In this document: one piece after another, positions 1 to 41,722 of the stretch
How the letters are laid out: each line of letters opens with the position of its first letter
Numbering within the stretch: position 1 is the stretch's first letter
Assembly (NCBI GenBank): GCA_002269645.1
Contig: NIVC01000061.1
Span: 248,001 to 312,000 of the forward strand
Direction of reading: 5' to 3'
Origin: Macrostomum lignano
Lineage: Eukaryota
Length of the DNA: 64,000 nucleotides
Made by a program: the position numbers and the translations under genes
The notes under the pieces: generated by a model
Seen by the model: only the letters and a program-made list of their open reading frames with translations
What the model was told of the DNA's origin: nothing
Database searches by the model: none

Positions 1-869
1 AAGCAGCAGCTCAATTAAAAGCAAAAGAAACTTATCTGAAAAAAACAAAGTTAGAAACCGAATTTAACCCTTCAAATCTACAAAGTCTGGCTTAAAAATG
101 AACTGTTAGAGCAGATCTCATCACCAGGGATTAACTAACTAATCTCAGTTTGCTCACTCACCAGTTTGGCCCGCCATGTAGTTCGCAAGCTTTGTCCTGA
201 CCAAATATTTCTATCTACTTTGTCTATCGTTTTTCCGATTGAGCATGCTGAAATTCCTTTACTGCCGACCTACGAGTTATTTATAGACAAATGCTTCCTA
301 TTGAGCAATGCGTTTGACCAAAACAGAGGCAGAGCACATTTGACCAAACAATTCCTCCGCAGCTGGCAGAAGTGATGTAAATATTTTTACGCCACGGCAA
401 CCTATTGACATCCAAGTTAATTGAGCACAGACAGCCGGATCGCATTTTGTTTTCCAAGGAATATTTTTCCGCTCACGCTTGTTGAGGCGCACCACCGCGT
501 GGCCTTGCGAAGGAAATGCAGATATTTTTGTAAACGGCTTGACAAGTTTTCATCTTGTTTTTCTCGGTTCAAGCTCTCTATGGGGGCGCTTCACATGACA
601 GAGAGAATCGTCACCTGACTGAGACATCCTTATGAGTTAGTTTTACTTGCAAACAACACTCTCGGGCATTAACATTAAGTTTACACCTTTTGCTGCGCAA
701 TTTCAACCAAACTTGCATTCTATTTCGGCACGCAGCGCTCAATTTAAACATGAAGGTATGAGGGCAGAGGCAGAAGCGGCTTAATGAGTTTTGCAAGATG
801 GACAAAAAGGTGTGAACGGAAAAAGGTGTACTAAGAGTTCGTTCGAATGTCACGATTTCAATATCAGCT

Positions 870-900
870 CAAGGACTACTCAATAACCCGAGATTAGTGA
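870..900 (+). mobile_element. Orphan terminal inverted repeat end of the CAAGGACTACT (P-like) family
   Basis: caaggactactcaa at 870 has the same 5' end as the complete elements at 17152 and 44453. No partner end followed by the TSD tatcagct was seen. Confidence 0.45.
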
Positions 901-1184
901 AAAATTTTCATACATGTACATGTAGAAGGATCTATGAACTTTCGATTCAATAAAAATAAAATAAGAGAAAAAATGTCTACTATCGTTACTTCGTACCCTT
1001 TTGTCTCTGGTTTTCGGCAGTAAAGCCTTCCGGCAACGATTCAATTGTTTGCCGGTTGTTTCAGATTGTTGATTGTTGAATTGAAGCATACAACGACGAA
1101 CAGCAACAAAAAAACAACGGAGTAATTTTGTTCCACTGTCAGAAATAAGTCCGTAAGGACAAAGCGAATAACTTGAAGCAGTCT

Positions 1185-1480
1185 TGTTTTACTTGTTCAC
1201 CTGGCGATTGACGGACGGGGATTCCAGGTGCTGTTGAATGGCCGCACGAAAACAGATGAGAGACTTTGGCGCGTAGTATGTGTTCCATCCTGCTTTCGAA
1301 GAGACGATTAGAAAAGCCTCAGATAGTCGTTCAGGAATTAATCCACTTCTCCAGAGCAGGCAGAGCTCCTTCTCATTGAGAAACTGTGGGAATCTTGCGT
1401 GAAGTGAAGTTTTCGTAGAGTCTCGGTCGATTTCGGGACAGACTCATTCACAATCCGGTCCAGCATTTGTAGATCATCGG
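1185..1480 (-). pseudogene. Decayed Crypton-like (DUF3504/KCTD1-ZMYM-type, tyrosine-recombinase transposon-derived) coding fragment
   Basis: Minus-strand translation across stops and frameshifts gives LSGADDLQMLDRIVNESVPKST...LNDYLRLF*SSLRKQDGT/YAPKSLICFRAAIQQHLESPSVNRQVN. This matches the LxxFxxxxRKxDGxxYxxxSLxxxRAAIQRHL motif I recall for CryptonA-type proteins. Recognised by motif only, no search run. Confidence 0.55.
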
Positions 1481-2629
1481 CTCCAGACAGGACTTCGGTA
1501 TACTGGACGATGCATTGTCAATCTCCAGAACAAAGCGATTGCTCGACTCTCGGATGACAAAAGCCAACTTGTCCGTGGAGAGTCCACACATATTTCTCTT
1601 GCTAGTTGTTGGTAGGCCAAGCATCAAAAGGAGAATTAGGGCCAAGCCGTGGCTTAAAAAAGGCTTTGATGCCAAAACTCAAAAGGGATGCTGGGATCTT
1701 AGGTCAGATAGCTGGCTTTCTGGGCTGATGCTTTGTTTGTTTTAAACATAATTCTCCTTAAGAAGTGACTGAATAATTTCAAAAGCTACATGTAGTTTAT
1801 TAAAAAAATAGTGAACGTACTAGTAGTAGTAAATACGAGCGTACTAATAACTTAACTTATCCTGTAGGAATCCGGGAACAACCAACTACTCGTTGCTTTT
1901 CAAGTTTCAAGTAAACAAGAGTTAATGTCAACAGTCAGGAAAAAATACGGGCGGCGCATAGCCAGTGACGTCACGCCAGAATCGGTCAAGACCTGATCAG
2001 TCAATATGATAGAGAAACTGAGCGTAAAACTCTCTGCACAAAGCGGCCCCAACCGGGGAGAAAAAAACAGACATTTTTACGTCCAACCCTACGCGTGGAA
2101 CACCCTCTGTACCGCCGGGAGAAACAGACATCAATACGCTCGCTCGTATGGAGCTCGTGTCTGGGCGCCGGATGAGATAGCAAAGAAGCGGAAATTAGGG
2201 AGAGAAGAGAGGAAAGAAGAGAGAATAGAGAGAGGAGATGAGAGGAGGGGAGAAGAGAGTTGAGAAGAGACAAACCTTGAGCAGGCCGGATTGCTGTTTT
2301 GAAGTTTCAACGGAACCATGTGGCCCGTAGGTCGGAGTTTGCCGACCCCTGCATTATTATAGTTAGTGTATCGCCCACGAAAAAACAAGAAAAGTATTCT
2401 GTTCTTTACGACAGATCCTGCGACTATTTTTAGGGGTTTATATATTTAAAAAAAGTTTTGCAGAAGCGCCATGGGAGCTTTAGGCTAGAAAAATAGATTT
2501 TAGTCCCAGAGAATACAGATAGAGGGAGTCTTTCTTCCGTACAGACTGCACTTTACTGTACTGAATTGGTTATTATTGATCTTCGGCGCAGGGAAAAGTC
2601 GGGGAAATTCCGCGGAATTGCCTCGCTGG

Positions 2630-3901
<1,272 letters not shown>

Positions 3902-5120
3902 TGCCACAGCGAGACTTGAACCGGTCAGAGAGATTGTTAACAAAAAATATAGCGACAATTCATTTTCTCTGCTTTCGAGCAAGCTTGGTTTTATAAAAAA
4001 AACTCAGAGGCCTCGGCTGTTATCTTATCGGCCGGTGACGACAGCTGCAGAATTGGAGTTCTGGCATGCCAAGGGCAGCAGCTAGAATCGCAAAACTCTT
4101 CAACCTGGCTTCTCTTATCGGCGTCACTTTCTCCGAAAGAAAGTTTCAGAGAAAGCCAAGGCAAACCTTGATTTCTTTCCAAAATTATTTTTTTTGCTTT
4201 GCAAAACTCCTGAAAAAATATTAACATTTAAAAACTTGTAGAGCCTGTAAAAGTCTTCACGATGACGTGTTGAACAGCCAAATTATAGTTTGGTTGAAAT
4301 TTAGCAGGTTTATCCGATTTATGAATAGATTTATAACGTTTCTGCTTACAGAACCTGAAAATACTCCAGTCATCGAAGTTACTAAATACTAAACTTTATT
4401 TAACCAGATTTATTCCTCCTAAGGCCCCCAATGCTCTCCTACAGTTTTACAGTGCAAACACAGCAACGAAAGTAACACGTATTTCTCAGTGCGGTTGGAT
4501 CGAATTCGTTATCGTTTCTCTAGTTATCGCTGCGGGCAAACTTTCTCAGGGAACAAAAAATAGCAGGTAGTGTTAGTCACTGATAAGAGCCAGCCTGGCA
4601 CTGCGTGATGCGCTGCTGTTTCTCGATAAAGATAACTTTCCAAGCAACTTCAGGTACTTTGCATAGCGAACTCAGGTATTGCGGTCCTAGACAGAGCTTA
4701 GCTGTTTGAGGCCAAAGTCCCGACTTATCTGCGCCTCAAACTGTTTGCTTGCAACAGTACAAACCGATAGCTGATACAGAAGGTTTCATACGACGAAGTC
4801 GACTGCGATTTCTCATGAAGGCTTCGGTGCACAATTGAGTCAGAGTAGAGTCTCAGCGTAAAATTTAGGGGAATTTTTCCTGTCCCTCGCTTCAATAATT
4901 TCATTTTGCTAACTGATTTCTGCACATAGCAAACACACATGGTTACCTGCTGGTTCGTAAGGTAAACACTTTGCCCGCAGCAGTCCACTGCAAGAGCAGG
5001 TGTTTCAATAATGGCTCATGCAAAGTTTACCGATCAGCAATGGGAGATAAAACGGGAATTGGGTCGCGCGCCACTGAGCACCAGCGGAGTTCCAATCTGA
5101 GCATTGCTGCACTGTACAAC

Positions 5121-7765
5121 ATGTCACTCCGTTTCGCAGTCTGTTCACTCTGCCTGTCACTGCTTCTAACGGCCTGGACACTCGGCCAGAGCCAGGCGGC
5201 TAAAGACGAAGAGTCCCTCGGGTCGCTCGGTGCCACACTAGACAGTCTGCGCGTCTTCAACACCTTCCTTGGCGGTGGCAGCGGTGTCGGCGGGTCCAGC
5301 GCAGAGGCGGAGCAGTGCCGGTTCAGGTGCCCAGACGGGGCTCCACCGAGGCCAAGGCCGGCCTACAAGCCCACTTTCAACGGCTGCGGCAGTCGAGAGT
5401 TTCACGTGAGCCGAGCCGACTCACAAATAGAGACTTCAGACACTCATGTCTCAACCGATCTAGATCTGGCAGATAAACCAGTTCCAACCGACCGATCTAG
5501 ATCTGGCAGATGAACCAGTTCCAACCGACCGATCTAGATCTGGCAGATGAACCAGTTCCAACCGACCGATCTAGATCTGGCAGATGAACCAGTTCCAACC
5601 GACCGATCTAGATCTGGCAGATGAACCAGTTCCAACCGACCGATCTAGATCTGGCAGATGAACCAGTTCCAACCGACCGATCTAGATCTGGCAGATGAAC
5701 CAGTTCCAACCGACCGATCTAGATCTGGCAGATGAACCAGTTCCAACCAACCGATCTAGATCTGGCAGATGAACCATGCAGTTCCAACCGATCTCTATTT
5801 AGAATATGAACTACCAATCTAGATCCGGCAGACGAACTAGTTCAAGCTGATCTAGATCCAGGACCCTAGTCCAATCGATCTAAGCAGTACAGTAGTAATG
5901 CCTCATTTAGACCTAACAGATACCACCCAATCTACGTAAATGTCACAGACTCGACAGTTCGCACCATCCATCCCAATGCAGGTGGACACAAGCGTGCTGC
6001 CTGCAGTTACAGAGTGCTGCAACCGTCACGACATCTGCTACGGCACCTGCAATGCAGCCAAGTCTGACTGCGAATCCGAGTTTAAAGCCTGCTTGAGCCA
6101 GGCGTGCGACTCAATGAGGTCCGGGGGACAACTGCCAGGTCCAAAGGACTATGACAGTAAGCACGGGGCGCTGTAATTGGCCTTGGGAGATTAGGACAAA
6201 GCCACTGAGGATGCGAACATCACAGTGAGCTTCAGTTTACCCAGTTGTGATAGGGCTTATAGGGTACAGGGTGGGAGTTGCAACTCTCACAGTCTCAGTA
6301 CTGTACAGGCTGTGCACATTCTCAGATGCCCTCAGCAGGTGAGTGACCCATCTAGTTATACTCGTAAATGCATCTGCAGGCCTCAAAGTGCCTTAGTTTT
6401 TGTCACCCAAAATCGCACTGGCAACAAAACTAATTAGTTTTATTTCGGACACAATGCCCAGACTGCAAGAGCATCGCCGGGTTGTTCTACGAAACAGTGC
6501 AAGGCTTCGGCTGCGAGTTCTACCTCGACGCTCAGGCCACCGCGTGCCAGTGCGCCGGCGAGACGGGTGAGTAAGCGCCGAGGTAGGTGAAAATGCTTTT
6601 GTATCATTCCTTTTGGCCACAGACATAAACACATGCTTTCATATCAATACATTGACAGACTTTTGACCACAAGCATAAACACATGCCTACGTATCCAGCG
6701 AGCAGCAGGACCCCGCCAATATAGTCTATGGCCATGTACTGCAACTAGCCGCGCTTGCTATTGGATCTGAGAATCTACTCGTATCTACGCCGAAAACTAG
6801 GCCTAAGCCAAATGGCTGAAATTCCATACGATAATACATCTCCCAAAAAACATTTCGTAATGACTGCAAGTCTTTATAGCACGTACGAAGAGTAATGAAC
6901 AGACTTTCACATATAAAATGAAAATCAGCTTGACGATCTGTTTCCCTAGCCGCGACCCCTGGATTCATTGCGATTCATTTGGGGCTTGTGCATGACAATT
7001 TGCCGAGGGGTCGCTGTCGTACGATTCACACCCATGGGCAGAGAGTGCACAGCCTGACGATCAGAAAGTCAGGCCCGTTGTATAACCAAGAACTATTCAA
7101 GTAACATATATATAGGACGCTACACTCGAAATCTATGGTTAATGTTTTGAAGGCAACTTTTCGCCGAAAAATACACTACAGAGATAGGAGGTTTTAATTT
7201 TTTCAGCACAAAAATTGTTCTTGCTTTTGATAGGAGGCAGATCCAGTGTTCATCTTTTGATATTTTGTGCCTTTCTTATTGCTCTATCGATATTCATAAA
7301 GCTTTTCGTTCAGAAATAGTTTTAAAGGCAGGTTTCACTGGAAAAATACACTAAAACAGTAATTGGCCGTCTCTTAACAGTGTCAGAGAAAGTCCTAATC
7401 ACACTATTCTGTGCCTCACATGCTGCTCCGACGCATTAATCGATTTTTCATGTTAAATATATTGGTCTTGTCATTATTTTAAACGTTTTTTCAAGTGACA
7501 GACCAATTTAACATGAGAAAACCTGCCTTGCTCGCGGCCCTAGTGAGATTTTTATTGCTTCGATAACTAAATAGAACAGTTTTAGCGCATAGTTAATATT
7601 TGGATTTAGTTACAGCTGAAAAAAAGAATTACAAAATCTGCTTCAGGTCGCGGCAGACGGCAGGAGAAACTCCGGAAAAAGCCGTCATCGCAAGCGGAAC
7701 CGCCTCGCGGCTCGTCGTCGTCTTTCCTCGATTTCGGCGCTGAACACGTGGGCGAAGAGCTGTGA
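5121..7765 (+). CDS. PLA2G12: Group XII secreted phospholipase A2, 227 aa; exons 5121-5405, 5982-6156, 6462-6566, 7647-7765
   Basis: Signal peptide; CRFRC..P.P...YKPTFNGCGS; catalytic CCNRHDICYGTC; C...F..CL...C; GCEFYLDAQATACQC. GT-AG introns in phase. Exon 4 ends GEEL*. Exon 4 is less certain than exons 1-3. Confidence 0.9.
5452..5792. repeat. 37-bp minisatellite (gatgaaccagttccaaccgaccgatctagatctggca), about 9 copies, in PLA2 intron 1
   Basis: Period 37 (ccaacc at 5521 and 5558); degenerate copies continue to about 5880. Confidence 0.95.
7140..7340. repeat. Dispersed repeat related to the subterminal part of the P-like MITE
   Basis: cgccgaaaaatacact...cagcacaaaa...ttttgataggaggcag...ttcatcttttgatat...tgcctttcttat.gctcta is also found at about 17210-17370 and 36980-37115. 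Confidence 0.75.
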
Positions 7766-7861
7766 AGAGGAGGCTGCACCAGTGCACTAATACTGCTGGC
7801 TAATTTCAATTTATCATTTGCCATTATTAATATGCGTGTATAAATGCAAAGAGTTTTCATG

Positions 7862-10687
7862 CTCCGCACAGGTACTGATGCACTGATCCGCACAGGTACT
7901 GATGCACTGATCTGCACAGGTACTGATGCACTGATCTGCACAGGTACTGATGCACTGATCTGCACAGGTACTGATGCACTGATCTGCACAGGTACTGATG
8001 CACTGATCTGCACAGGTGTACTGATGCACTGATCCGCACAGGTACTGATGCACTGATCTGCACAGGTACTGATGCACTGATCCGCACAGGTACTGATGCA
8101 CTGATCTGCACAGGTACTGATGCACTGATCTGCACAGGTACTGATGCACTGATCTGCACAGGTACTGATGCACTGATCTGCACAGGTACTGATGCACTGA
8201 TCCGCACAGGTACTGATGCACTGATCTGCACAGGTACTGATGCACTGATCTGCACAGGTACTGATGCACTGATCTGCACAGGTACTGATGCACTGATCCG
8301 CACAGGTACTGATGCACTGATCTGCACAGGTACTGATGCACTGATCTGCACAGGTACTGATGCACTGATCTGCACAGGTACTGATGCACTGATCTGCACA
8401 GGTACTGATGCACTGATCCGCACAGGTACTGATGCACTGATCTGCACAGGTACTGATGCACTGATCTGCACAGGTACTGATGCACTGATCTGCACAGGTA
8501 CTGATGCACTGATCTGCACAGGTACTGATGCACTGATCTGCACAGGTACTGATGCACTGATCTGCACAGGTACTGATGCACTGATCTGCACAGGTACTGA
8601 TGCACTGATCCGCACAGGTACTGATGCACTGATCTGCACAGGTACTGATGCACTGATCTGCACAGGTACTGATGCACTGATCTGCACAGGTACTGATGCA
8701 CTGATCTGCACAGGTACTGATGCACTGATCTGCACAGGTACTGATGCACTGATCTGCACAGGTGTACTGATGCACTGATCCGCACAGGTACTGATGCACT
8801 GATCTGCACAGGTACTGATGCACTGATCCGCACAGGTACTGATGCACTGATCTGCACAGGTACTGATGCACTGATCTGCACAGGTACTGATGCACTGATC
8901 TGCACAGGTACTGATGCACTGATCTGCACAGGTACTGATGCACTGATCCGCACAGGTACTGATGCACTGATCTGCACAGGTACTGATGCACTGATCTGCA
9001 CAGGTACTGATGCACTGATCTGCACAGGTACTGATGCACTGATCCGCACAGGTACTGATGCACTGATCTGCACAGGTACTGATGCACTGATCTGCACAGG
9101 TACTGATGCACTGATCTGCACAGGTACTGATGCACTGATCTGCACAGGTACTGATGCACTGATCCGCACAGGTACTGATGCACTGATCTGCACAGGTACT
9201 GATGCACTGATCTGCACAGGTACTGATGCACTGATCTGCACAGGTACTGATGCACTGATCTGCACAGGTACTGATGCACTGATCTGCACAGGTACTGATG
9301 CACTGATCTGCACAGGTACTGATGCACTGATCTGCACAGGTACTGATGCACTGATCCGCACAGGTACTGATGCACTGATCTGCACAGGTACTGATGCACT
9401 GATCTGCACAGGTACTGATGCACTGATCTGCACAGGTACTGATGCACTGATCTGCACAGGTACTGATGCACTGATCTGCACAGGTACTGATGCACTGATC
9501 TGCACAGGTACTGATGCACTGATCTGCACAGGTACTGATGCACTGATCTGCACAGGTACTGATGCACTGATCTGCACAGGTACTGATGCACTGATCTGCA
9601 CAGGTGTACTGATGCACTGATCGCACAGGTACTGATGCACTGATCTGCACAGGTACTGATGCACTGATCCGCACAGGTACTGATGCACTGATCTGCACAG
9701 GTACTGATGCACTGATCTGCACAGGTACTGATGCACTGATCTGCACAGGTACTGATGCACTGATCTGCACAGGTACTGATGCACTGATCCGCACAGGTAC
9801 TGATGCACTGATCTGCACAGGTACTGATGCACTGATCTGCACAGGTACTGATGCACTGATCCGCACAGGTACTGATGCACTGATCTGCACAGGTACTGAT
9901 GCACTGATCTGCACAGGTACTGATGCACTGATCTGCACAGGTACTGATGCACTGATCTGCACAGGTGTACTGATGCACTGATCCGCACAGGTGTACTGAT
10001 GCACTGATCTGCACAGGTACTGATGCACTGATCCGCACAGGTACTGATGCACTGATCTGCACAGGTACTGATATGCACTGATCTGCACAGGTACTGATGC
10101 ACTGATCTGCACAGGTACTGATGCACTGATCTGCACAGGTGTACTGATGCACTGATCTGCACAGGTGTACTGATGCACTGATCTGCACAGGTACTGATGC
10201 ACTGATCTGCACAGGTACTGATGCACTGATCTGCACAGGTGTACTGATGCACTGATCTGCACAGGTACTGATGCACTGATCCGCACAGGTACTGATGCAC
10301 TGATCTGCACAGGTACTGATGCACTGATCTGCACAGGTACTGATGCACTGATCTGCACAGGTACTGATGCACTGATCTGCACAGGTGTACTGATGCACTG
10401 ATCCGCACAGGTACTGATGCACTGATCTGCACAGGTACTGATGCACTGATCTGCACAGGTACTGATGCACTGATCTGCACAGGTACTGATGCACTGATCT
10501 GCACAGGTACTGATGCACTGATCCGCACAGGTACTGATGCACTGATCTGCACAGGTACTGATGCACTGATCTGCACAGGTACTGATGCACTGATCTGCAC
10601 AGGTACTGATGCACTGATCTGCACAGGTACTGATGCACTGATCTGCACAGGTACTGATGCACTGATCTGCACAGGTACTGATGCACT
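7862..10687. repeat. 24-bp tandem satellite (cacaggtactgatgcactgatctg), about 118 copies
   Basis: Near-perfect period 24 with c/t variants and occasional 2-bp insertions. Source of the 1026/959/841-aa pseudo-ORFs. Confidence 0.98.
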
Positions 10688-11448
10688 AGTCATCTAGGTA
10701 GTCATCTAATGAAAGCTTTATAAAAAGTGAGTAAAAACATGGCAAGACCATCTTCATATTTGAAATAAAGAATACAGTCTGGAGCAGCCTTACAAATAAA
10801 TATATAAGTATGCTTTAATAACCTGTGTCCAGCTTCATCATCACGCCTGTATTTCATGAGCCACCAGTGCAGCAGCCAGGCAGTGCCGAAGTGTTTAATA
10901 TCGAATTCACAATTCAGCAAAGCTAAAGTAATATAATACTTTTTAACATTAAAAAATTCGTTTCAATCTCGAGGCAAATAGAATATAACAGCAAAAAAAC
11001 TGGTTAGTAAAATTGATGCCAGATTTGTGAAAGGGGTTTAGCAAATTGAATTTCAATAATAGATAGCTTTGTGGACACTATGAAACTGCGGGAACAGAGC
11101 CAGATAGAGACAAATTTACAGAAAAATTCCACACAGTAAAAAAGCAGGACTCAAAAGGCTCCAAAAAGCCTAAAAAACTGTCCAGAGATTTCAAACTGAT
11201 ACGCCAGAAGCTGACCAATTTAGCTCTATAATAAACTCCATAATAACCTTTGGGTAAAAAAAAACAGAAAAGCGACAGCTGCAACTTTTGGTTTCTGAAG
11301 TGACGACGGCAAAACAACTGCAGATGATTGACAGGTGCAAATTATAACAAAATCATTATTTAACTCTTGATTTTAACTGGGAGAATGATGATGCAGATCT
11401 AAATACAGAGACAACCGCGCCAAACCTAATGGCGCCACTCCAAACAGA

Positions 11449-11690
11449 AAATGGCATTAACCAATCAGAAAATGGCATTAACCAATCAGAAAATGGCATT
11501 AACCAATCAGAAAATGGAATTAACCAATTAGAAAATGGCATTAACCAATCAGAAAGTGGCATTAGCCTAATCAGAAAGTGGCATTAGCCTAATTAGAAAA
11601 TGGAATTAGCCCAATCAGAAAGTGGCATTAGCCTAATTAGAAAACTGATACGGACTTAGCCCAGTCAGAAAATGGCGCCAACCCAATGGC
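11449..11690. repeat. 21-bp minisatellite (aatggcattaaccaatcagaa) carrying CCAAT boxes
   Basis: About 10 degenerate copies; several contain AACCAATCAG. Confidence 0.85.
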
Positions 11691-12415
11691 TCCTAAAATT
11701 ACAAAAAACTCTGAATAAAAAATCAGACAAGCACGGTGAAATAAAGCCGAGTTAAATTTAGGCGCAACAGCCTGTCAAGCTACTGGTAGTAGGAGATAAA
11801 GCGCAGTGTATATGCGGGTGCAAGTTAAATTTTTTGTCTAACGAAACCAAAAAATTATAACTTTTACCATAAGTAATGAAATTCGAATGGTTACTAGTAC
11901 ACATCAGAGATCCAAAGCGATTGCAAAAAATATTTTGCATGACAAAAGTACATGCACACGTGCATTGTCAGAAGCCGGGAGCGCCAGTGGCAGCTAAAGT
12001 ATACGGGCTGGGTGCCTTATCATGTTGGAAATCGGCCTTCAAAAATGTATTGACTATTAGACTTGCATTTGTATGGGTTGTGTTTGACCCATACATTCTC
12101 ATTCTGCAGTCCAACATTAAAGTGGTCCCCCCGCCGAGCCTTCAACAAGCTTCAACTGGTGGATGAATATTTAATTAGCATGAACCACTGAAACTAAATT
12201 AATTAGAGTAAACTCGCAAAATAAAGTGAAAAAAGTAGAGCTTCTACTCATTTTTCAGTAGTTTGTCTGCGCAGTGTCACTTAAATTTAATGTAGCTGAA
12301 CAAGGCTAAACTTTCCTTTTCTTCCTTGGGGGTTTGTGGCCTCAAGAGCAATATGGAGTTAGGAATGAACAGCAAGCATTAACGAGCGTAACTCGATATA
12401 CACAAGTGAACGCAA

Positions 12416-12737
12416 GACGGACGAAAATCAGTCTAGGGAGCAAGCCCAATCTGGCTCAGCCAATTGCAGAGCAGTAAGGGGAGAGGCCAAAGTCAGACGG
12501 ACGAAACTCAGCCTAGGGAGCAGGCCCAATCTGGCTCAGCCAATGAGAGAGCAGTAAGGGGAGAGGCCAAAGTCAGACGGACGAAACTCAGCCTAGGGAG
12601 CAGGCCCAATCTGGCTCAGCCAATGAGAGAGCAGTAAGGGGAGAGGCCAAAGTTAGACGGACGAAACCCAGCCTAGGGGGCAGACCCAATCTGGCTTAGC
12701 CAATGAGAGAGCAGTAAGGAAAGAGATCAAAGTCAGA
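12416..12737. repeat. 80-bp tandem repeat, about 4 copies
   Basis: gacggacgaaa at 12416, 12496, 12576 and 12656. Confidence 0.93.
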
Positions 12738-13408
12738 CACAGGAGGGGGCAAGAGGAAAGCCAAAGTGTTTAAATGAGATGGCTAGAGATGGAGAGATGG
12801 CTGGGGGCTGGGGCTTGGGGTGCCATCCCTTTTGTAAAATTTAATAGATTTTTCATTCTACCAATATAAAGGCAAAAAAGCTAATTTTTCTACTGAAAAA
12901 GAGTAGATAAGCGCATTCTGCGAGTGACATTTCTGATATTACAGTATCTGTGGCGTAAACTAATGGTTCCGTAATGCAGATATTTATATAAATGATGAGG
13001 TACAGTTTACAGTTCATAACACAGACTAAACTTATTCACAATGAAATACTTGCTACACCTGTGTAATTCTTGTAAGCAGCTGCAAGTTCCATTTTATAAA
13101 AACAGTAACACGAAAACGCACAGAAAAAAAAAACAGAATGGATGAGGGGACTACTGTGAGTTCGGGTGCCTCTATTCTAGCGTTGATTGGCTCAGAACAA
13201 AATAGTCTCCGCTCGGGCACGCTTTTTACTCTGATACTACTATCAACTACTAGCTGGGTTTGGGACTCAAGTAGTCTGCATAGAAAATTATAAGCGAAAG
13301 TTATTGAATTTAGAGGGAGGAAAACATTAAAAACAGCTTGGTGCGACCGACGGGGCGGGAGGGCATGGGGTTCACCAGAGCGGCAGCTCAGCGCGGCTCA
13401 GCACTCCC

Positions 13409-40708
<27,300 letters not shown>

Positions 40709-41722
40709 TGTGATTGAGCCTCAAAAATTGAGCAAATTTCTTCAGAAATAAAAAAGAACTTTGATGCGAACGAAGAAATATTATGTAATACAAGGGTTAA
40801 AAATGCGCATTCATCTTTCGTTTACCGACTGAAAAAGAAACAGTTTGTATCACAGCACGTTTTTTTCAATACTATTTGATCTCTTGAACTAAAAGATATC
40901 AAAGCGTATCGTAAACAAACTAATCAAACAAGTAAAACCGCTTGCCAACTTCTTAAAAATTCTATTGCTTTGCAAAATTAAATTTCGCTACAGCCATTTA
41001 TCTTCGTCAAGTTAACGATGGAGTGTTAAAACAAATGTATGTTTAATTTTATACAAAAATGCTTTTAATACTTTAAAAAACTAAGTGATAAGGCTTAAAA
41101 GTAACTTTTACAGCTGCATTAGTAAATAATAGTTCTAGTTAGAAAATCCGTATTGCTAATATGCGTGTATTGTAACTAGTGTTGCTTTTTTATGCTTCAA
41201 TGATCGAACTGAGGCCATGACTACTTAAGGAATACTCATTTGGAACTAATACTTTTCGTTCCTAAGTAGGCACATGATTTGGAAGTTTTCAAGTGTACGC
41301 ATCATGCAATTACTTATCATCATTTGATTGATGTAATATGCAAAACAGTCGAAGTACATGTACTTGCTGGGGTCTGCATGAATCTACAAAGGATTTGAAT
41401 GGGTTATTACTAACTCTTCTGATAGTAGCTATTATGTACATAAAAATCCGTCTAAAATCGTTTTAATTCATTTTTAATCCGGATGATTAAGTGAAACGAT
41501 TTAAAATTTGTGTCTTTAGAATTTTAACATTTTAAATTTTTTGAGAAGCAAGGAAATTTTCTGCGTTAAAAAGTAACCTTTCAGGCAAAATGTTGACAAG
41601 ACTAACTTTTGTTTGAAAATTAAATAATTTAACATTACATCTAGAGCAATCTATGCAGCTATTTACCCTACGAATAGTCACAATTACTCTCACTCAGTTG
41701 CAAAAGATATGTTCATCACAAC

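Noticed and set aside
1965-1974. Perfect CRE palindrome gtgacgtcac
   Set aside because: An isolated 10-mer downstream of cathepsin L with no linked TSS; plausible by chance.
7862-10687. CRISPR-like appearance of regular arrays (here and at 54263 and 61850)
   Set aside because: Units are head-to-tail with no unique spacers, there are no cas genes, and the context is eukaryotic.
7606-10693. 1026-, 959- and 841-aa ORFs (CRSVHQYL / VQISASVP / CADQCIST repeats)
   Set aside because: They are translations of a 24-bp satellite open in all three frames and switch register at 2-bp slips; no coding context.
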